Shown one piece after another: positions 54,996 to 64,000 of a DNA stretch of 64,000 bases. Source of the stretch: Octopus vulgaris (Eukaryota); NCBI GenBank assembly GCA_951406725.2, contig OX597826.1:14136001-14200000 (forward strand), given 5' to 3'. The number at the start of each line of letters is the position of its first letter. The stretch's first letter is position 1. The translations under genes were made by a program, and so were the position numbers. Below the pieces are notes generated by a model. It was not told where the DNA came from and made no database searches. It saw only the letters and a list, made by a program, of their open reading frames with translations.

Positions 54996-55211
54996 GTGTG
55001 TATATGTTTGTGTGTCTGTGTTTGTCCCCCCAACATCGCTTGACAACAGATGCTGGTGTGTTTATGTCCCCGTAACTTAGCGATTCGGCAAAAGAGACCG
55101 ATAGAATAAGTACTAGGCTTCCTAAGTCCTGGGGTCGACTTGCTCGACTAAAAAGCGGTGCTCCGGCATGGCCGCAGTCAAATGACTGAAACAAGTAATA
55201 GTGTAAAAGAG
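54749..55211 (+). mobile_element. SINE family A
   Basis: Reverse complement of the 17452-17864 type. Confidence 0.88.
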
Positions 55212-55222
55212 TATATATATAC

Positions 55223-55282
<60 letters not shown>

Positions 55283-55701
55283 CATATATACCTGTGCATG
55301 TGTGAACGTGCCTGTCTTCTGTATGTATGTGTGTAGTTGTGTATGTGTGGAGGGATAGAGATGTAAAGGCAAACTGTCTGTCAGAGTGAGAGCGTAAAGT
55401 GCGATCGAGTTGAGGTTCTTAAAACTGCATAACTATACTTGCGCCAATATGTAGGTCCCTGATTTCAGATTCTTTACTTAGTCATCCGTCTTAGAAATAT
55501 GGTGGGTTGGTTGTCATGACTTGGTTAAACTAAATATTTACAGGGCAAGTAATATTACCATTAGCTCTGACTAGATCACCATCAGCCATTTGACAAAATC
55601 AACACTGACCTGTGTTTAAACTACGGCAGCGCCACTACCATCAACTTCACAAGCACCATCACCATCGCCATCACCAACACTAACACTACCACAAACAGCA
55701 G

Positions 55702-55764
<63 letters not shown>

Positions 55765-56611
55765 TCATTTTCGATTCCTGCTATCAAGATTGTACAGAAG
55801 CTCTTTATGTGTTACCTTAGATTAATATAGATCGTCAATTTATTTTCCTCACACCTACTTAGGACATTTGCATTCCTGAAGATCAACAACTGTATTTGAT
55901 GAATTAGGAGGTGATGCAGGTGCCCTGGTAGAGACAGCTACTGTGACTGCTGATATTAATAATATGACAACAATAACAATGTTTCTATTGATTTCAACTA
56001 AATACAATCTATTTAGATAATTATATTTGCACTTATCGTTAACGAACAACTTTTTGCCGGCGCTAAACACACGAACACAAATGTCATGTCTTCTTCGTCT
56101 CAAATCTGTTCCCACCCATCTGAACGAAATCCAGTCTTAAGAGTTGGCTATTGGAATTTTAAATCACATTTCAAACACTTTTCTTTTAGCGAAAAGGAGA
56201 TATAAAGGTGATGCCTGTAAAATGTATTTCTACATAATTCCACTAAAAAATCGATAGTTTCAGTTTTGGCAACAGATGGTTGGATTTCGAAATAAAATAG
56301 AATATAGTTTGAAGTAACTCGAATTCATACTTCTTTACAAAGTCAAGGTTGGTGTAATTCGTACTTTCAAAGTTTGATTTCTTTTCTCATCAGAATGAAT
56401 AATAATTATTTACTCCATTGAATGATTTAGAATTAAAAGCTTCGATTTTTCACTTTGTAATTCTAAACTCAGATCTGTAAGGTAGGTGTACAGAAGCGCA
56501 TCCGATGCTATATTTCTGTACCTGATACTCATCTTTCTTTATAGAGATACATGCTACATTTGTTATATACATACATTAACACACACACACATGTATATAT
56601 ATATATATATA

Positions 56612-57548
56612 TATGAAAATCCAATTCTAAAATGAATATATGACACATTGCTTCAGTAAGACAACCGCTTATGCAGTGAACTTTAAACTGTGCCACCTCA
56701 TTCCTTTATCTGTTCTCAAGCAGCATTGCGTAAACGCCACTTAATCTTCAACGTTCTCCTCTTGTAAAATGTGCCTATGTAATATATGTTGTGTGTTTGT
56801 ATGTGTCTACGTATATATATAAATATATATATATATTTAAATATACATATATATATATTTATTTATTTAAATATACATGTATATATTTATTTATTTAAAT
56901 ATACATATATATATATTTATTTATTTAAATATACATATATATATATTTATTTATTTAAATATACATATATATATATTTATTTATTTAAATATATATATAT
57001 ATATATATATATGTATATGATTATTGAAGTAGATAAATGAATTATCTTATTACGGATTATTCAAATGATGACCGATACCTGGGTAGCAAAAATCACAACA
57101 GAAAAGCACGGTTGAGGTTAGGACCATGGGGCCTAAAATCCGTGCCTTAGTGCGGAAATTTAACCTCAACCGTGTTCTTCCTACACTAAATATATATGTA
57201 TATGTATATTTAAATAAATATATATATATATATGTATATTTAAATAAATAAATAAATATATATATATGTATATTTAAATAAATAAATAAATATATATGTA
57301 TATTTGAATATATATATATATTTATATATATACGTACACACATTGCAAACACACAGCTATGCACACACACACATATATTACATAGGCACATTTTACAAGA
57401 GGAGAATGTTGAAGATTAAGTGACGTTTACGCAATGCTGCTTGAGAACAGATAAAGGAATGAGGTGGCACAGTTTAAAGTTCACTGCATAAGCGGTTGTC
57501 TTACTGAAGCAATGTGTCATATATTCATTTCAGAATGGGATTTTCATA
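56612..57548. repeat. Long inverted repeat (arms about 56612-57010 and 57187-57548) around a pLTR-tail spacer
   Basis: About 170 bp of unique sequence plus an AT minisatellite are mirrored with a few substitutions; the spacer is homologous to 14261-14332. Confidence 0.9.
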
Positions 57549-58635
57549 CCTTTCTAAAATACAATATCAGTCACGAAGTACTGACCTTCAAACATATAAA
57601 GTAAACATTGGCCATATTTCACTTAATCAACTGTCCCTGTTCGAAACATCAATAACTGCACCTATTCATTACATTTTTATTCATACAACAATATAATCGT
57701 ATACATCACATACAAAGCACTCCAGTACGTAGGCACGCACACATGCACGCATGTATGCACGCACGTACACACCAACACAAACACATACACACACAATCAT
57801 ACATACACTCATACACACACAAACATAAAATTATTTTCCTCTTTTCTTTCGAATTTAATTAACTATGTTGCAATCAGTCAGTTGACATTTGTAACATGAC
57901 TAATTTGTTGAGCTAATTAAATCGAAAACACCGACGTGAGACGAATATTTTGAATAAAATATTAATTTCTCCCATTTGAACATGATGGGCAGGTTTTCAT
58001 TAAGACATCTTAACAACAAAACCGATAAAAGAGGCTTCAAAAACTTAATAACGATTATTTACTAACATGTCATTGCTTGTCGTAATCGTTGTCGATTATC
58101 ATTATTGTGAAACTACTGCTGCGATGGGTGTATTTTCTCCAATGTTCTATAATAAATTTTAAGAGATACACGGCATATGAAAATTTACGATACGGGTCGT
58201 ATAAGTCGAGGAAGCTCATACAATTTCGTCTCAGAAATAAGGGAAATGAAAAGTTTTCACTCAGAACATTATACAGAATTGTGAATACAGTTTGGGAGAA
58301 ATACGTTTCTCACACACCACCAGATTATTTTTGCAGGGTTTATTAAGCATAACACAAAATATTTAAGTATAACTGTGAAATGAATTTGGGAAATAATTTA
58401 TGCTTTATAGTTTACCTTAACAGAAAACGGTTTTTGAAACAGTATTCTGTCAACGACCAATCCAGGCGTTAACTCTAGACTTACATGTACGCAAACAGAC
58501 AAATACACACACACACACATACGCACACGCATGACTTTGTATATAGATGCAAAGGCAACATAGCTATCAATATTCATGTTAATGTGTATTTATATATAAG
58601 CACGTTTTGCTTACGTATGCATTTTCCTATATACA

Positions 58636-58695
<60 letters not shown>

Positions 58696-59281
58696 CATAA
58701 CACACATAGACAAAGACACACAATTATGTAAAAGTATCGCATCGTACATGTGAAAAAACGTTGGAAGAACACTACAGGGAGGATATGTAAAATTACTTTA
58801 TACTAAGTGAATGCGTCTGATGGGGTAAGCAAAGTTGGGGGACGGTGTATTGTACACAGTTCTACAAAGAAATTGAGTGTGGTGTGTTGATGCTTTTTAT
58901 TGTAGACTTGTAACGCAGTGATGTCGGTCGGTGTATACACACTGTTTAGGAATCTGGAACTATACGCATTTTAGAGCGTATTGTAATGTTGAATACTGAG
59001 GTTGCTGAATGTAAATGCAATTGTATTGTGGGAAGGGATAGTTACCCGGGTTGAATGTGATGGAATGTGTTGTGAGTACTGTATATCGAATTATCTGGTG
59101 GAAGTAAGAGTGAGTGATCTTCCATTTTCATAAAAACTTTACAAGGAAAGATCGATATCTTCCTTTTACTTGTCGATAAAGAAGTGATTGTATCTGCTAT
59201 GTACGTCATTATTCCATTATAATTTTTGATATGTAAATATTCGCATATAGATATTGATATATACATATATATATATACATA

Positions 59282-59345
<64 letters not shown>

Positions 59346-59373
59346 TGTGTGTGTGTGTATGTATATATATACG

Positions 59374-59409
<36 letters not shown>

Positions 59410-59412
<3 letters not shown>

Positions 59413-59640
59413 GATGTTGTCAATCCGACCTTTGGGCAAAAAGTCTATACACTTCTGCCAGCGTTCCTGCGTTCTTGCCACTGTGGGAGACACTTCTGGA
59501 AATCACTTTTTGGGATGCTGTAGAGTTGTACCGTCGAATTTTGCTGCTGACACAAGTCCTATTCTTTTGAGCGGTTTTTTTTTTTTAGCTTTGGGAATAG
59601 TCAAAAGTCGCACAACACACTCTTCACGTATGTAGTCAAT
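59410..59640 (-). mobile_element. Deleted mariner remnant
   Basis: Peptide [10 protein letters not shown], typical of a mariner transposase C-terminus. Confidence 0.45.
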
Positions 59641-59859
59641 GGGTCACTGCGTGCGAATGGCGCAACCTCCAGGCAAGAAATTTTTGCGCATCTGGTCTTC
59701 ACATGGGAGTTTATTGCAACCACTTAAAACTAGAGAAGACCTATATGATTGATGACTACATCCTTATGATAAATCATGTATGTGTGTGTGTGGTTTTCTC
59801 TGTTATTTTTTTATGAACTATATATATGTGAGTATGTATCTATGTGTGTGTGCCTTTGT

Positions 59860-60050
59860 AGCAGTGTTTGCTCTCCATGATCACTTGACGACCGTTGTTG
59901 ATGTGTTTACGTCCCCGTAACTTAGCAGTTCGACTGTAGTGTCCAATAAAATACGTGCTAGGCTTTAAAAAATCCTGGGGTCGATTTGTTCGACTAAAAT
60001 CATTCAAGGCATGGTTACAGTCAAATAACTAAAATCATTAAGAGAACGAA
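59860..60050 (+). mobile_element. SINE family A 3' half, diverged
   Basis: GTTTACGTCCCCGTAACTTAGC...CCTGGGGTCGATTTGTTCGACTAAA. Confidence 0.7.
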
Positions 60051-60068
60051 AGACTGTAATATACATAC

Positions 60069-60100
<32 letters not shown>

Positions 60101-60275
60101 GTTTAAATATTTGTTGTGCAAGATTTTTTATGTGAAGTCGTGTGTTGAAACAGATATTGTTATATTTCGGAATGGTCATATTGCCAGTTTAGCCAATAAA
60201 AACACACGCACTATATATTTGGTGTTATTTTGCTTCAGTGATATTTATTTTTTACATTAATCTTAATCTTATTTC

Positions 60276-60320
60276 GGCCAAAGTTCTTTCGTCACACTCC
60301 TGTGACCGCATCAGTGGTCC
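60276..60320 (-). ncRNA. Minimal hammerhead motif in PLE 3' pLTR (variant core CTGATGC)
   Basis: Minus strand GGACCA-CTGATGC-G-GTCAC-AGGAGT-GTGAC-GAAA-GAAC-TT-TGGCC. Confidence 0.6.
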
Positions 60321-60839
60321 TTTGTTTTCTTCTCACTTACTTGTGTCTCTCCTTACTAACCGTCAGCCATTTTGTATTTCTATTGTATGTCTTCATTTGC
60401 GCATGCTTATATCTCTATGTGCGTCTATGTTTATTTAGTGTGTGGGGGGGGATGTCTGTAATATTTGTATCTTCTGGTTATATACATTCTTGTAATTTGT
60501 ATTTTGTTTTTGTTGTTGTTGCTTTTGTTCTAATTTTGTTCATGTGTTTACATCCACCCATTATTATCATTACATATGCTTGTATGTATGTATAACAACA
60601 ATATTAGTAATAATAATAATAAATCTAATCGAGAAAAAAAAAAGAAAAAAAAAAGAATATACATATACATATATATATATATATACATACATATACATAT
60701 ACATATATATATATACATATATACACACACATATACACATATACATATACACATATATACACATATACATACACATAGATATTCATTTCTATTTCTTTAA
60801 TTACCTGTGTATTTATTATGTTTGCAGGATCCACTATTG

Positions 60840-62186
60840 TCATATGTTGTGGTGTGCGCTATTGCTCCATTCTAGTTTTCTATTCAGGCTAGGTTTATTT
60901 TCTATTATATGTGTAGCTTCTGTAATTTGTCTAATTGTTGCATCTGTTCTATGTGTGGACAATATCTTAATCTCTATGTTATTGATTGATCCCCCGTGTT
61001 CTTGTTCGGCGTGTTGGTACAGAATCGATGAGCTTTTACCTTCCTTGAGTTGTCTCCAATGTTCATTCACCCGCTCACCAATGCTTCTTGCAGTTTCCCC
61101 TACGTATGTTACTGTCTTGTTACTGCATCTTCCCTCTATACATCTTATACTATAGACCACATTTCTGGCTTTACAGTTCGTTTGTGGGCTAAATCTACAT
61201 ACAGTGCAATAGTTATCCGTACAGAGAGTTCTACTAAAAGGATAGGTTCTACCAATTATAGATCTGATAGGGTTGCCTGGCTTTTCAACAACCTTAATTC
61301 TTAGTTTAAGTTTATCTAGGGTCCTTCTAAAGCGGTACGCTAGTTCACCTCCAGGGGTGGTGTCAACGAACATGACACTCTGGTATTTATGGCTATCATA
61401 CCAAGAGTTGGCCTTCCTTATTTTCTTTTTTGTCCTTTCTATAGTGTTCCATGACTTGTTCCTATAGAGTGGGCAAATCCCATTCCTATCATTACATAAT
61501 ATATTATCAAATTTCTTCATGGCTCCTTTGTATACTCTGATCCTTTCTTTATGGCTGTAACCTGAGAACTGCATGCGGTGAATGAAATACTGTATGTGTC
61601 TCTTTAATTCTGTAGGCTCGCACATGCGTGACACATTTCTCATTATTCTGACGAGGTCTGCCATCAAAATATTGAATTTGGCATTGCCCGCAATGGCTGA
61701 GTTCCGGTGGATCAGGTATTTTGAGGCCATAGGTTTTGCATAGTATGAATGAAGGATTTGGGTTTTATTTTTCACAATTTCTAGCCAGAGTTCAGTGTCT
61801 AGTACTGGTAGTCTATGGTTGGGGTGTTTAGTGGGGTAGTCTATTGTGACCTTAATACTCTGGTGGATGGAGTTAGCTATTTGCTGGATGCTCTCCATAG
61901 TATTAGTTTCTATTACTATATCAACCGTACTCTCTTGTGGGGGTGCCTTTACTACTATATTGATATCATCAACATAGCGAGAGTACATGTTTACGAGTAT
62001 GGATTTCTGCAGTAGGCATTCTTTAAGCCTTCTGTCCCACCATACCATGAAGAGGTTGGCCACATCACCAGCGATACTAACACCGATGGCTGCCCCCTCG
62101 TCCTGGGCATATATTTTATTATTAAATTTAAATGTGTGGCCTTTTAGGGTAACTCTTATACTAGCTCCTAGTGCATGTGCGATCAT
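60840..62186 (-). CDS. PLE polyprotein C-terminal part: RT (motifs B and C, thumb), Cys cluster, GIY-YIG endonuclease; N-terminally truncated
   Basis: 448-aa open frame with [31 protein letters not shown]...C and VVYSIRC...[16 protein letters not shown]. Confidence 0.92.
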   Translation of the reverse strand: MIAHALGASIRVTLKGHTFKFNNKIYAQDEGAAIGVSIAGDVANLFMVWWDRRLKECLLQKSILVNMYSRYVDDINIVVKAPPQESTVDIVIETNTMESIQQIANSIHQSIKVTIDYPTKHPNHRLPVLDTELWLEIVKNKTQILHSYYAKPMASKYLIHRNSAIAGNAKFNILMADLVRIMRNVSRMCEPTELKRHIQYFIHRMQFSGYSHKERIRVYKGAMKKFDNILCNDRNGICPLYRNKSWNTIERTKKKIRKANSWYDSHKYQSVMFVDTTPGGELAYRFRRTLDKLKLRIKVVEKPGNPIRSIIGRTYPFSRTLCTDNYCTVCRFSPQTNCKARNVVYSIRCIEGRCSNKTVTYVGETARSIGERVNEHWRQLKEGKSSSILYQHAEQEHGGSINNIEIKILSTHRTDATIRQITEATHIIENKPSLNRKLEWSNSAHHNI

Positions 62187-62192
62187 TTTCTA

Positions 62193-64000
62193 AGAAAATG
62201 ATCGCACATGCACTAGGAGCTAGTATAAGAGTTACCCTAAAAGGCCACACATTTAAATTTAATAATAAAATATATGCCCAGGACGAGGGGGCAGCCATCG
62301 GTGTTAGTATCGCTGGTGATGTGGCCAACCTCTTCATGGTATGGTGGGACAGAAGGCTTAAAGAATGCCTACTGCAGAAATCCATACTCGTAAACATGTA
62401 CTCTCGCTATGTTGATGATATCAATATAGTAGTAAAGGCACCCCCACAAGAGAGTACGGTTGATATAGTAATAGAAACTAATACTATGGAGAGCATCCAG
62501 CAAATAGCTAACTCCATCCACCAGAGTATTAAGGTCACAATAGACTACCCCACTAAACACCCCAACCATAGACTACCAGTACTAGACACTGAACTCTGGC
62601 TAGAAATTGTGAAAAATAAAACCCAAATCCTTCATTCATACTATGCAAAACCTATGGCCTCAAAATACCTGATCCACCGGAACTCAGCCATTGCGGGCAA
62701 TGCCAAATTCAATATTTTGATGGCAGACCTCGTCAGAATAATGAGAAATGTGTCACGCATGTGCGAGCCTACAGAATTAAAGAGACACATACAGTATTTC
62801 ATTCACCGCATGCAGTTCTCAGGTTACAGCCATAAAGAAAGGATCAGAGTATACAAAGGAGCCATGAAGAAATTTGATAATATATTATGTAATGATAGGA
62901 ATGGGATTTGCCCACTCTATAGGAACAAGTCATGGAACACTATAGAAAGGACAAAAAAGAAAATAAGGAAGGCCAACTCTTGGTATGATAGCCATAAATA
63001 CCAGAGTGTCATGTTCGTTGACACCACCCCTGGAGGTGAACTAGCGTACCGCTTTAGAAGGACCCTAGATAAACTTAAACTAAGAATTAAGGTTGTTGAA
63101 AAGCCAGGCAACCCTATCAGATCTATAATTGGTAGAACCTATCCTTTTAGTAGAACTCTCTGTACGGATAACTATTGCACTGTATGTAGATTTAGCCCAC
63201 AAACGAACTGTAAAGCCAGAAATGTGGTCTATAGTATAAGATGTATAGAGGAAGATGCAGTAACAAGACAGTAACATACGTAGGGGAAACTGCAAGAAGC
63301 ATTGGTGAGCGGGTGAATGAACATTGGAGACAACTCAAGGAAGGTAAAAGCTCATCGATTCTGTACCAACACGCCGAACAAGAACACGGGGATCAATCAA
63401 TAACATAGAGATTAAGATATTGTCCACACATAGAACAGATGCAACAATTAGACAAATTACAGAAGCTACACATATAATAGAAAATAAACCTAGCCTGAAT
63501 AGAAAACTAGAATGGAGCAATAGCGCACACCACAACATATGACAATAGTGGATCCTGCAAACATAATAAATACACAGGTAATTAAAGAAATAGAAATGAA
63601 TATCTATGTGTATGTATATGTGTATATATGTGTATATGTATATGTGTATATGTGTGTGTATATATGTATATATATATATGTATATGTATATGTATGTATA
63701 TATATATATATGTATATGTATATTCTTTTTTTTTCTTTTTTTTTTTTCTCGATTAGATTTATTATTATTATTACTAATATTGTTGTTATACATACATACA
63801 AGCATATGTAATGATAATAATGGGTGGATGTAAACACATGAACAAAATTAGAACAAAAGCAACAACAACAAAAACAAAATACAAATTACAAGAATGTATA
63901 TAACCAGAAGATACAAATATTACAGACATCCCCCCCCCCCACACTAAATAAACATAGACGCACATAGAGATATAAGCATGCGCAAATGAAGACATACAAT
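62193..64000 (+). mobile_element. Inverted duplicate of the PLE (mirror of 60382-62191), continues past the window end
   Basis: Reverse complement of the left arm around a 1-nt spacer at 62192; the only differences seen are run-length changes. Confidence 0.9.
62198..63542 (+). pseudogene. Second copy of the PLE RT-GIY-YIG ORF, frameshifted in the endonuclease
   Basis: Identical protein to residue RCIE; single G deletions near 63250 (GGG to GG) and 63390 (G5 to G4). Confidence 0.8.

Larger units (their letters stand above)
60099..62191 (-). mobile_element. 5'-truncated Penelope-like retroelement (Neptune-type), 3' end joined to (TA)n
   Basis: RT-GIY-YIG ORF, microsatellite-containing 3' UTR, sense-strand hammerhead motif at 60276-60320, TA run at 60070-60098. 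Confidence 0.85.

Noticed and set aside
56820-57000. Regular ~28-bp AT-rich tandem units resembling an array
   Set aside because: No unique spacers; it is a simple minisatellite in a eukaryotic context, not CRISPR.
61050-63295. Short antisense ORFs overlapping the PLE ORFs
   Set aside because: They are shadow frames, duplicated only because of the palindrome.

Overview
AT-rich eukaryotic repeat-dense DNA with no convincing intact host gene. The SINE families and microsatellite load resemble an octopus/cephalopod genome (inference). The window holds many tRNA-derived SINEs, decayed mariner, Gypsy, CR1/L2-like, L1/Tx1-like and R4/Dong-like elements, and several Penelope-like element (PLE) relics. 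The only long intact ORF is a 5'-truncated Neptune-type PLE (RT + Cys cluster + GIY-YIG) that forms a head-to-head palindrome of at least 3.6 kb centred at 62192 and running off the window end. The most notable signal is a set of about 11 type I hammerhead-ribozyme motifs (one fully canonical at 54499-54605). Most sit in short (TA)n-anchored elements that often carry an inverted copy of themselves. In one case the axis of a perfect 262-bp palindrome (15246/15247) aligns exactly with the predicted ribozyme cleavage site of a homologous element at 41.6 kb. All structures and alignments were read by eye and need computational confirmation. Most ORFs in the supplied track are microsatellite artefacts.
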